This document shows positions 46,876 to 55,787 of a stretch of DNA of 64,000 nucleotides, in pieces. A program made the position numbers and the translations under genes. The stretch is taken from IMG/VR virus record IMGVR_UViG_3300044694_000083, positions 31,780 through 95,779 of that record. One strand, 5' to 3'. The stretch is from a virus. Taxonomy: Duplodnaviria; Caudoviricetes. Position 1 is the stretch's first letter, and every line of letters begins with the position of its first letter. The notes beneath the pieces were generated by a model. It made no database searches. It saw nothing but the letters and a program-made list of their open reading frames with translations, and was not told the origin of the DNA.

Positions 46876-48027
46876 ATGCACTCTCTTCTCATCGATATCG
46901 GCGCCTGCTGCGAGCACCACAGCAACGACGCGCTCGAGCACCTGCACAAGGCCATCGTCGAGGGCGAGCCGGACGACATCTGGCTGCCGCATCCGTCACC
47001 GCTGCTGCGCCGCCTGGTCGAGCTGTTCACCCAGCGCGGCCTGATGCGTATCGAAGGCTTCATCAACGAGCTGAAGGCCTGGCAGGAGGGCGAGCGCCAC
47101 CGCGCCGGCAACCGTCCAGCGCGCCCGGACGGCGCCATGGAACGTTGGACGCCGGGCGAGCTCAAGCTGGTCAAGTTGTACCTGGAGACGCTGCCGCCCG
47201 ACGAGTTCACCCTGGACGACCACATGATGGTGGTCGACTACCTGGCGCAGCGCTACCTTTCGCCTGAAGACCTGCGCACCGAGGCCGAGTGGCTGGCCGT
47301 GCGCTCGAGCCTGATGGGCCGCGTGCAGGCGAATATGGCCAACACGACCCTGGTCGAGGCCGACCGGCTGCTGGCCGCCATGCCAAACACAATCGACCAG
47401 GCCGCGGCGCAGTTCGGCATGAGTGCCGTGCAGCGCGCCGTCATGGAGTTCGGCCGCGCGCGCGCCGCGGAGAACGTCACCTCGATGACGGCCGTCGAGC
47501 GCCACCGCGTCAAGCGTATCGTCATGCGCCACCAGGAAGCGCGCGCGCTGGGCGACACCACCGGGCCATCGCTGCAGTCGGACTTGCTCGATGCCATGGG
47601 CGAGATGAACCGCGACTGGCGCAGGATTGCGGTTACGGAAGCGACGGAAAACCAGAACCAGGGCTATGTCGCGTCGCTCAAGCCTGGCGCCAAGGTGCGC
47701 CGCCTCGAGCAGTACCGAAACGCGTGCCCGTGGTGTCGGAAGATCGACGGCAAAGTCATGGAGGTCGTCGACGCCGGCGCGCCGGACAAGGATGGCGAGA
47801 CGCAAATCTGGGTCGGCAAGACCAATATCGGGCGCTCGGCGGCGCCGCGCAAGCGCGTAGGCGGCGAACTCGTCGACCGCACGCCGGACGAAATGTACTG
47901 GATCGCAGCCGGCGTGCAGCACCCGCACTGCCGCGGCAGCTGGCTGCCGGTGATCGAAGACCGCCCGGGCGATGACCCGGATTTCGGGGACTGGCTCCGC
48001 GCCACCCTGGCCAAACCGGAGAAATGA
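46876..48027 (+). CDS. Head morphogenesis protein (SPP1 gp7 / Mu F-like)
   Basis: RDWRRIAVTE, ACPWC, HPHCRG. Confidence 0.78.
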   Translation: MHSLLIDIGACCEHHSNDALEHLHKAIVEGEPDDIWLPHPSPLLRRLVELFTQRGLMRIEGFINELKAWQEGERHRAGNRPARPDGAMERWTPGELKLVKLYLETLPPDEFTLDDHMMVVDYLAQRYLSPEDLRTEAEWLAVRSSLMGRVQANMANTTLVEADRLLAAMPNTIDQAAAQFGMSAVQRAVMEFGRARAAENVTSMTAVERHRVKRIVMRHQEARALGDTTGPSLQSDLLDAMGEMNRDWRRIAVTEATENQNQGYVASLKPGAKVRRLEQYRNACPWCRKIDGKVMEVVDAGAPDKDGETQIWVGKTNIGRSAAPRKRVGGELVDRTPDEMYWIAAGVQHPHCRGSWLPVIEDRPGDDPDFGDWLRATLAKPEK

Positions 48028-48401
48028 TGAAGCTTTCGAACAAGCTGCGCGGCTGGGCCGGCACGAACCAGCATGGGCTGACGTTCTACTGCCCGGGCTG
48101 CGAGTGCGGACACACCATAAACACCGGCCCGAACGGCTGGGCCTGGAATAACGACGTCCACAGCCCGACTTTCTCGCCATCGGTACTGGTCACCGGTCAG
48201 GATTTCACGCCTGCAGGCCAGGCGGAATACGACGCATGGTATGCGGCTGGTTGCCCGCCGCTTGAGGGGAAACAGTTCGAGTCAGCGCCTACCGTCTGCC
48301 ACTCGTTCGTCACCGACGGCATGATCCAGTTCCTGGGCGACAGCACGCACGCGCTCTCTGGCCAAACGGTGGAACTGCCGGACTTCCCGGAGTACCACTG
48401 A
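48024..48401 (+). CDS. Small Zn-binding protein (DUF6527-like)
   Basis: CPGC..H, PTFSPSV, CHSFVTDG.IQFL.D.TH. Confidence 0.65.
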   Translation: MMKLSNKLRGWAGTNQHGLTFYCPGCECGHTINTGPNGWAWNNDVHSPTFSPSVLVTGQDFTPAGQAEYDAWYAAGCPPLEGKQFESAPTVCHSFVTDGMIQFLGDSTHALSGQTVELPDFPEYH

Positions 48402-49054
48402 TGATGCTCCTGCTGAAGGCCAGTATCGAGGACCGCTACCAGCGCATGCTGGCGCGCCGGCACGGTGGTGATCGGGCCGCCATGGCGGCCGAGGATGCGG
48501 AGCTGCGGAAGCGCGTCGAATCCTCAAGGATGATCAGCCAAGCCGATCTGCGCGCGGCTGCGGCACGCCACAAGGACCTGGCGCCGCCGACACCGGCTCA
48601 GGCCGAGGCTGGCAACTACAAGAAGCCGCGCGTGCAGTGGGCCGGCCTGGAGATCGCGATCGAGAACCCGGTCGGCAGCGTGCGTGAGGGGAAGGGCTGG
48701 CGCACCGTGATGCAAAACGCCTACGGCTACATCTGCCGCAGCGAGGCGGTCGATGGCGACGAGGTCGACGTCTACCTGGGCCCGGAGCTCGACACGGCGC
48801 CCACGGTCTACGTCGTGCACCAGCGCCGCGCCGGCGACTGGAAGGCCTACGACGAGGACAAGTGCATGCTGGGCTTCCCCAGCGAGGCGGCCGCGCGCGC
48901 GGCGTACCTGAAGCACTACGATGATCCGAGGTTCCTGGGCCCGATCACCGCGATGCCGGTCGACGAGTTCGTGCGCAAGGTGAAGGCCACTAAGGACAAG
49001 CCGGCCATGATCAAGGCGGTCCTGTTTTTGAGGAAAGCGACGCTCGCGTCGTGA
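48401..49054 (+). CDS. Inorganic-pyrophosphatase-like domain protein (polyvalent-protein type)
   Basis: AGNYKK, IENPVGSVR, YGYI, DGDEVDV, DEDKCMLGF. Confidence 0.75.
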   Translation: MMLLLKASIEDRYQRMLARRHGGDRAAMAAEDAELRKRVESSRMISQADLRAAAARHKDLAPPTPAQAEAGNYKKPRVQWAGLEIAIENPVGSVREGKGWRTVMQNAYGYICRSEAVDGDEVDVYLGPELDTAPTVYVVHQRRAGDWKAYDEDKCMLGFPSEAAARAAYLKHYDDPRFLGPITAMPVDEFVRKVKATKDKPAMIKAVLFLRKATLAS

Positions 49055-49063
49055 CCGGAGAAT
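49047..49063 (+). promoter_or_regulatory. Late promoter with short hairpin leader
   Basis: CGTCGTGA-CCG-GAGAAT, then CGGGAG..CTCCCG hairpin before ATG 49091. Confidence 0.6.
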
Positions 49064-49090
49064 AGCGGGAGACCTTCACCTGGCTCCCGT

Positions 49091-52000
49091 ATGATCATCC
49101 TCTTCTCGAAGTCCCAGCTCGCTCTATTCGACGCGCCCGTGCAGGTCGGCGCGCACGTGCGCAAGGACGGCGTCGTCGTCAAGCCGCACGTCCGCATCCA
49201 GAAGGTCGCGCTGCACCAGCAGCACGCGCCGCGCCAGGCGTCGCTCTTCGACGAGCCGCCGGCGCCGCCCGTAGCCGCCAAGCCGATCAAGCCGCCGAAG
49301 CCGGCCGCGCCTGTCACCCTGGACCTGTTCGCGCCGGAGAACCTGCCGAAGCAGGAACCTGAGGCGCCGAAGACTCCGACGCTCGATGAGGTGCTGGCGC
49401 GCTACGGCGGCCGCGAGGGCGTGCGCAAGCTGATCATGACGGCGCCGATCAAGGAAGCCCGCCAGGTACTCGGCATGCTGGCGCAGCTTTCCGGAAAGAC
49501 CGTCGCCGAGGTGACCGAGGAGTACGGCAGCGCGCCGGCGGCCGAGGCGCCAGCGCCAGCGCCGGCCGTCGAGAAGCCAGCCAGGTCCAAGAAGCCGCGC
49601 AAGTCGAAGGCCAAGCCAGCTCCGGTGGTATCCGCGCCAGCTCCGGTGGTTTCGGAGGCAGCTCCGGTGATTGCGCCGCCGGCGCCCGGCACTCCGTTCG
49701 GCGTGGCCGCCGGCACCAGTAAGGGAAAGCGCCGCGAGATCAACGCCGAGGTGATCGCCGCGCTGGAGACCGAACACCCGGACCCGGCCCTTCTGCGCCA
49801 GTACAGCGGCAACGGCGGCTGCGGCGACAGCCTGAACGAGTTCTATACCGACCCGGCCGTGGCCGCTGCCATGTGGGCCACGCTGGGCCGCATGGGCGCG
49901 CGCACCGGCACCGCGCTCGAGCCGTCGTGCGCGACCGGCGTCTTCCTGCACACTGCGCCCGAAGGCTTCCGCGTCACCGGCGTCGAGCTCGACCCGGTCA
50001 GCGCCAAGGTGGCGCAGGTCCTGCACGGCGCACGCCACGAGATCGTGACCGCGTCCCTGGAGCGCTTCGCGACCGCGGACGACCGCCAGTTCGACGTGGT
50101 GATCGGCAATCCGCCGTACGGCCCGCGCGGCTTCCTGGCCAAGGACGACAAGGTCTCAATCAGCACCGCCGAACAGTATTTCGTCGACACCGCGCTCGAC
50201 AAGTGCCGCGCTGGCGGCATCGTCGCGCTGGTGGTGCCGACCGGGATCATGGACAGCAAGTCGGCCAGGTCGTTCCGCGAGCTGATGCTGTGCAAGGGCG
50301 AGTTCCTTGGCGCCCAGCGCATGCCGAACACCGCGTTCGAGCACTCGCACACCGAGGTGACCACGGATGTGATCTACCTGCGCAAGCGCGCGGACGACGT
50401 CGCCGGCGCGCTGGAGACGGTCGACCGCGACACGCTGCAGCACCTGGGCGTCTGGGACGAGGAGTTCCTGGCCGGCTCGTACTTCACCGGCCGCGGCGCC
50501 GACAACGTGCTCGGCACCATGACCGAGGGCTGGCGCGCCAAGGCCAGCATGGGCAACGACATCACCGTCGAGGGCTCCATGATCGGCGTGCCGGAGGCGA
50601 TCGCCGCCTTCGAGCCGGACGCGAAGTCCGCCGTGCCAGTCACCGTGCAGGACATCCTGGCCGCACTGCCCGACGAGGCCGCGCGCAACCGCGCCGTCTC
50701 CGGCGCCGCGCGCCGCCCGTACGCGAACACGGCCAAGGTGGGCGATACCAAGATCGTCGATGGCGTAGCCTATGTGCTGCAGGGCGAGCCGCCGCGCTGG
50801 CACCGAGTCGACGAGTTCATGGAGACCGATTCCATCAAAGAGGCGACCGCGATCGCCGCCGAGATCGACCTGCTGCTGTCCGGCGGCGGCGCGGTCGACC
50901 GGCCGGCGATCGAGGCCGCGGTGCGCGCCTACGTGGCGAAGTTCGGCATCCCGGCCGACGATCCGAACCTGATGACGGCCGCCAGCGTGGACAAGACGCT
51001 GTACCGCCTGATCGGCGCCGTGAACCACGAGGGCCAGCTATCCGACGCCGTGCTGGGCAAGGCCCCGCGCAAGGTCGAGGGTGGCTTCGATGCCACCGCG
51101 CAGCTGCTGGCGATCGAGTCGGGCGAATTCACGGCCGCCGACCTGGCCGAACGCCTGGGCCGCGAGGTCGAGGACGTCGAGGAGCAGCTGGCGGCCGACA
51201 GCCGCTATGCCTGGGCCGGCGACGGCCGCTGGACCACGATGGACACCTATCTCACCGGCGAGCTGTGGCCGAAGCTGGACGCCGCGCGCGCCGCGCTGGC
51301 GTCCGGCGAGCACGCCGACCTGTCCGCCAAGCTGCAGGCGCAGGTCGAGGCGCTGGAGAAGGCGATCGATCAGAAGTCGCTGGACGACGTCGATTTCCAG
51401 CTCAACAGCGCGTTCCTGCCGCTGGACGTGGTGGCCGCCTATTTCAACTGGCGCAATCACGAGGGCCCGGGCGCCAACGACTGGACGCGCAAGCAGCCGG
51501 ACGTGGTGATCACGTTCGCGAACGGCGTCTACACCGTGAAGGGCGGCAACGAGTACGGCGACAGCAAGTTGCTCGACAAGTACCTGAATCGCTCGGGCGT
51601 GCGCAAGGAAGAGGACCTGCCGAAAATCGAGGACTGGAACGCCGAGTTCAAGGAATGGCTGTGCGGCTCCCAGTACCGCGACCAGGTCGAGGACCTGTAC
51701 AACCGCGCGTTCCGCGGCTACGTGGCGCCGACCTTCTCGGATGCGCCGATCGAGGTGCCGGGCCTGAACCCGGACCGTAGCGTGCGCGACTGGCGCTGGT
51801 CGAGCCTGCGCCGCAGCCTGGCGCAGGGCAAGGGTATCATCGCCGACGACGTCGGCCTGGGCAAGACGCTGGGCGGCCTGCTGCTGGCGCGCATGGCCAA
51901 GGTGCAGGGCCGCAGCCAGCGGCCGGTGATCGTGGTGCCGAAATCCGTGCTGGCGAACTGGTATTCGGAGGCGCAGGCCTGGTTCCCGGGTTCGCGCGTG

Positions 52001-55000
52001 ATGACGATCGGCGCCAACTTCCAGATCAAGAATGGCGAGCTCGTGGGCAAGGACGACAGCGCGGCCGAGCGCAAGCGCAAGTACCACGACATGACCCAGA
52101 ACGATTACGACTTCATCATCATCAGCGAGCCGGCGTTCGAAGAGATCGACCTGGATCCGGTGACGAAGGAGCAGTATTACTCGGACGACTTCTGGGTGCA
52201 GCGCGGCGAATCCATGGGCAATGCTGGCGACAAGCGCCGCAAGGCCATCAAGGAGCGCTACGAGCAGCACCTGGCGCAGCGCGAGTTTTCCGACCGTACG
52301 GACGCGATCTACTTCAATGACCTGGGCATCGACATGCTTATTGCGGACGAGATGCACCACCAGAAGAACCTGTACGCCGCGCGCGCGCGCTTCGGCGAGC
52401 AGCCCAAGTTCCTGGGTGGCCAGGGCCTGTCGAACCGCGCGCTGGACTTCAACCTGAAAACCCGCTGGGTGCGCGAGCAGAACGGCGGCCTGGGCGTGTT
52501 CGGCCTGACGGCGACGCCCACCAAGAACAGCCCGCTCGAGATTTACTCGATGCTGTCGCACATCGCGCCGGAGGCCTTTGAGCGCATCAAGGTGCGCAAC
52601 AGCGAGGAGTTCCTGGACCGCTTCTGCGAGTTCCAGCAGGACAAGGTGCTCTCGACCTCGGGCGATATCGAGGACGCAACCGTCGTCTCCGGTTTTAAAA
52701 ACCTGTCGGAGCTGCGCGAGATCATGTCGCGCTTCATCGACCGCCGTACCGCCGAGCAGGTAGGTCTGCAGCTGCCCCAGCGCCAGGACCGCATGCACCT
52801 GGTCGACATGACCAAGGAGCAGCAGGACGTATATGCCGCGCTGCGCGAGCTCGCCGAGGAATCGTCGGGCAAGAAGGACGCCACCGGCGACGCCCACATC
52901 TTTGCCATCATGGACAAGATGAACAAGGCGGCCCTGGACCTGTCCCTGTTGGACCCGGCCGCGCACGCCGGCGCCGTTAGCCCGAAGTATGCCGAGCTGG
53001 CCAAGCAGTGCGCGATTGGCAAGGAAGACGGCGGCCAGATCGTGTTCTCCGAATACATCGACTCGCACGAGAAGATCGTCGACGCCCTGGTGGCCCAAGG
53101 CTTCGACCGCAAGCGCATCGGCATCATCAACGCCAAGGTGGCCGGCTCCGCGGTGAAGCGCCAGAACATCGCCGACGCGTTCAACGCCGGCAAGCTGGAC
53201 GTGGTGATCGGCAACTGCACCATGGCCGAGGGCCTGAACCTTCAGAAAACCACCACCGACATCCACAACCTGGATATCCCGTGGGAGCCGGCCACGCTTC
53301 AGCAGCGCAACGGCCGCGGCCTGCGCCAGGGCAACCTGAACGAGGCGGTCCGGATCCACTCCTACCTGTCCAAAGGCAGCTTCGACGGCTACCGCTACCA
53401 GGCCGTGGCCGCGAAGAAGGATTGGCAGGATCTGCTGTGGAACGGCGGCGACCGCGTCGAGAACCTGGCGCGCGAGGGCGCGTTCTCGCTCGACGACATG
53501 CGTATCATGCTGGCGGCCGACCCGGAGGCGGCGCGCGCCAAGTTCGCCGAGGACAAGGCCGCAGCGATGCAACGTTACGAAGCCGGCCAGCGCGTCGACG
53601 CCATGGCCGAATTCGTGCGGTTCCAGGACATGCAGCGCAGCTACCGCACACTGAAGAACAAGGGCAGCGCCAGCGCCAAGCGCCTGCACGACAAGATCGA
53701 GGCGTCTAAAAACGCTCTGTTCCGCAACAAGTATTTCCCGGCCAAGCAGGCGTTGGACAGCGACACCGACGTGCTGATTCACCCGGATACCGGCACCGTG
53801 CTGACCGCCGGCGCCGCGCTGGATTTCGGCGCCGATGGCAAGATGGTCGTCACGGGCGTGAACATGCGCGCCGGCACGGTCACCATGCGCCGCTACGCCG
53901 ACACCGCCGGCGCGCGCCCGGTCACCGTCCCGCTGAAGGAGACTAGCGACGCCAAGCCGTTCGAGCTCGACGAGAAGGCCGAGGCCGACGAGGTGAAGGC
54001 CAAGTTCGAGTCCGAAGCTGCCGACAAGCTCAACAACCTGAAGAACTGGGACGACGTCAAGAACCTGCCGTCGTCGGTGCTGGAGGCGAACAACGACCTG
54101 ATCCAGCGCCAGATCAAGGCCGGCTCGAAGGCCTACACCTTCCATATGCCGTATGGCTCGGTGCCGATGGTGAACCGCGAGACCGGCGACCTGAAGATGG
54201 CCGAGAGCTACGAGCACACCAAGCTGCACGACACGCACGACTACCTGCTGCCGACCGATGCCGCCAAGGAGCGCGTCGCGCAGGCCTGGATGGCGTCCGA
54301 GCGCGGCAAGAAGTTCGGCAAGGAGAGCCATCAGGCCCGGAAAAATAGCCGCGTCGAATGGCGCAACAAGGTCGTGTACCCGGATGCCAGCTACTCGAAC
54401 CGCAACTACAACCCCTGGACCGGGCTGCTGCGCGACCTGCACGGCAAGGACCAGGTCTCCGGCATCGCCGAGCACCCGGCCGTGCGCGCCACGCGCGAGC
54501 GGTTCGAGCGCGAGCAGCTGGAGCGCGTGCGCCGGGCCCCGACCTTCAAGGACGCCCTGGCCGAGGCCTTCCCGCTGGCGACGCTGCCGGAATACGGCGG
54601 CACCGATAGCACGAAACCTACATGGAACAAGAAAGCGCTGGCGATCCTGTGGGCGCGCGCTCGGCATGAAGGCCTGCTGGGCAGCCAGGTCAGCGACCAT
54701 CTGCCCATGGCGCCGGTTGGCTCGAGCGGCCGCGCGTTTCCCAAGCACGACAGTTACGCGCATCACCGCCCGGGCTACGCTGGCGAGGACAAGACCGTGC
54801 ATGGCACGCTGCGCGACATCGCGGCCGGCTCCGGCCACCGCGACCTGGCGCATGCCATGACCGCGTCGGCGATCCGCCACCACGACGGGCTGGACAAGGT
54901 CGCCGAGCTGCGTTCGCTGTCCCAGTACAGCAACGGCGACCCGGACGCGCTCCAGGTTATGCAGATGCTGGCCGAGAGCACCGGCCTGGCCGACAAGAAG

Positions 55001-55132
55001 GTGCATGAGCTCGAAGGCTTCCGGGACGGCTTGTTTTCGACCCATCAATGGGCACCGGACCGCAATCAGACTGTTCGTGAGCGGATCGCTGCTCGCCAGG
55101 CATACATCCAGAAACAAAAGGAGGCCGCATGA
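49091..55132 (+). CDS. DarB-like N6-adenine MTase-SNF2 helicase fusion
   Basis: EFYT, LEPSCATG, GNPPY; DVGLGKT, DEMH, TATP, QRNGRGLRQGN. Confidence 0.9.
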   Translation: MIILFSKSQLALFDAPVQVGAHVRKDGVVVKPHVRIQKVALHQQHAPRQASLFDEPPAPPVAAKPIKPPKPAAPVTLDLFAPENLPKQEPEAPKTPTLDEVLARYGGREGVRKLIMTAPIKEARQVLGMLAQLSGKTVAEVTEEYGSAPAAEAPAPAPAVEKPARSKKPRKSKAKPAPVVSAPAPVVSEAAPVIAPPAPGTPFGVAAGTSKGKRREINAEVIAALETEHPDPALLRQYSGNGGCGDSLNEFYTDPAVAAAMWATLGRMGARTGTALEPSCATGVFLHTAPEGFRVTGVELDPVSAKVAQVLHGARHEIVTASLERFATADDRQFDVVIGNPPYGPRGFLAKDDKVSISTAEQYFVDTALDKCRAGGIVALVVPTGIMDSKSARSFRELMLCKGEFLGAQRMPNTAFEHSHTEVTTDVIYLRKRADDVAGALETVDRDTLQHLGVWDEEFLAGSYFTGRGADNVLGTMTEGWRAKASMGNDITVEGSMIGVPEAIAAFEPDAKSAVPVTVQDILAALPDEAARNRAVSGAARRPYANTAKVGDTKIVDGVAYVLQGEPPRWHRVDEFMETDSIKEATAIAAEIDLLLSGGGAVDRPAIEAAVRAYVAKFGIPADDPNLMTAASVDKTLYRLIGAVNHEGQLSDAVLGKAPRKVEGGFDATAQLLAIESGEFTAADLAERLGREVEDVEEQLAADSRYAWAGDGRWTTMDTYLTGELWPKLDAARAALASGEHADLSAKLQAQVEALEKAIDQKSLDDVDFQLNSAFLPLDVVAAYFNWRNHEGPGANDWTRKQPDVVITFANGVYTVKGGNEYGDSKLLDKYLNRSGVRKEEDLPKIEDWNAEFKEWLCGSQYRDQVEDLYNRAFRGYVAPTFSDAPIEVPGLNPDRSVRDWRWSSLRRSLAQGKGIIADDVGLGKTLGGLLLARMAKVQGRSQRPVIVVPKSVLANWYSEAQAWFPGSRVMTIGANFQIKNGELVGKDDSAAERKRKYHDMTQNDYDFIIISEPAFEEIDLDPVTKEQYYSDDFWVQRGESMGNAGDKRRKAIKERYEQHLAQREFSDRTDAIYFNDLGIDMLIADEMHHQKNLYAARARFGEQPKFLGGQGLSNRALDFNLKTRWVREQNGGLGVFGLTATPTKNSPLEIYSMLSHIAPEAFERIKVRNSEEFLDRFCEFQQDKVLSTSGDIEDATVVSGFKNLSELREIMSRFIDRRTAEQVGLQLPQRQDRMHLVDMTKEQQDVYAALRELAEESSGKKDATGDAHIFAIMDKMNKAALDLSLLDPAAHAGAVSPKYAELAKQCAIGKEDGGQIVFSEYIDSHEKIVDALVAQGFDRKRIGIINAKVAGSAVKRQNIADAFNAGKLDVVIGNCTMAEGLNLQKTTTDIHNLDIPWEPATLQQRNGRGLRQGNLNEAVRIHSYLSKGSFDGYRYQAVAAKKDWQDLLWNGGDRVENLAREGAFSLDDMRIMLAADPEAARAKFAEDKAAAMQRYEAGQRVDAMAEFVRFQDMQRSYRTLKNKGSASAKRLHDKIEASKNALFRNKYFPAKQALDSDTDVLIHPDTGTVLTAGAALDFGADGKMVVTGVNMRAGTVTMRRYADTAGARPVTVPLKETSDAKPFELDEKAEADEVKAKFESEAADKLNNLKNWDDVKNLPSSVLEANNDLIQRQIKAGSKAYTFHMPYGSVPMVNRETGDLKMAESYEHTKLHDTHDYLLPTDAAKERVAQAWMASERGKKFGKESHQARKNSRVEWRNKVVYPDASYSNRNYNPWTGLLRDLHGKDQVSGIAEHPAVRATRERFEREQLERVRRAPTFKDALAEAFPLATLPEYGGTDSTKPTWNKKALAILWARARHEGLLGSQVSDHLPMAPVGSSGRAFPKHDSYAHHRPGYAGEDKTVHGTLRDIAAGSGHRDLAHAMTASAIRHHDGLDKVAELRSLSQYSNGDPDALQVMQMLAESTGLADKKVHELEGFRDGLFSTHQWAPDRNQTVRERIAARQAYIQKQKEAA

Positions 55133-55452
55133 TCGACCCACAAAAATTCGCGGCCAGCACCCTGCAGCTGCTCCAGCAGGACCCTCGGCGCTACCGCTGC
55201 TTCGGCGTCTACTGGTATCTGGTGAAGGCGCTGATGAAGCGCTTCTACACCCAGGACAACCTGCACCTGTTGGGCGACTACATGGACCAGTCCGTGATCG
55301 ACCGCATGCCGCCGCACGCCGACCTGCATGAGGCGCTGGCCGCTGCGATCGAGGAATACCGCCAGAACGCCAGCTTCAACCTGGGTTCGAACGTGGTCAC
55401 CGATCCGGAGGGCGAGCAGTTCACGCTGGTCGATACCGATGCCGGGATTTGA
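55129..55452 (+). CDS. Hypothetical protein
   Basis: AGGAGG RBS, ATGA coupling. Confidence 0.65.
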   Translation: MIDPQKFAASTLQLLQQDPRRYRCFGVYWYLVKALMKRFYTQDNLHLLGDYMDQSVIDRMPPHADLHEALAAAIEEYRQNASFNLGSNVVTDPEGEQFTLVDTDAGI

Positions 55453-55470
55453 CCTGGCGCCACGCCATCA

Positions 55471-55497
55471 AGGCCGCCTGCGGGCGGCTTTTTTATT
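55471..55497 (+). terminator. Intrinsic terminator
   Basis: GCCGCC-tgcg-GGCGGC-TTTTTT. Confidence 0.8.
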
Positions 55498-55751
55498 GCG
55501 GTAACCGCTTCCTGGTTACCGGCGCTTTGCAAGTCATTGATTTTATGCGTGTAACCGGTAACCAGGAACCAGCGCGAGAAACATATATAACACACACAAT
55601 ACGTAGGAGTATTTCATATAAGAAACACTATCCTCCTATAGTATCTATATCTAATATTACATGGTTACTTGGTTACTTATAGAAAAAGAAGATAAGAATC
55701 AAAGGCTTATCGGTAACCGAGTCTGGTTCCCAACTGGTTCCCATGGATACC
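55498..55751. repeat. Origin-like locus 2: GGTWAC iterons, IHF-like sites, AT-rich core
   Basis: Same architecture as 20510-20880. Confidence 0.7.
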
Positions 55752-55764
55752 TGCAAGGCCGCCC

Positions 55765-55787
55765 CGTCGTGACCCTACCATGGCGGA
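55765..55787 (+). promoter_or_regulatory. Late leaderless promoter
   Basis: CGTCGTGA-CCC-TACCAT-6nt-ATG. Confidence 0.7.

Noticed and set aside
49617-49670. Three GCTCCGGTG repeats
   Set aside because: In-frame APVV linker repeats within the DarB-like gene.
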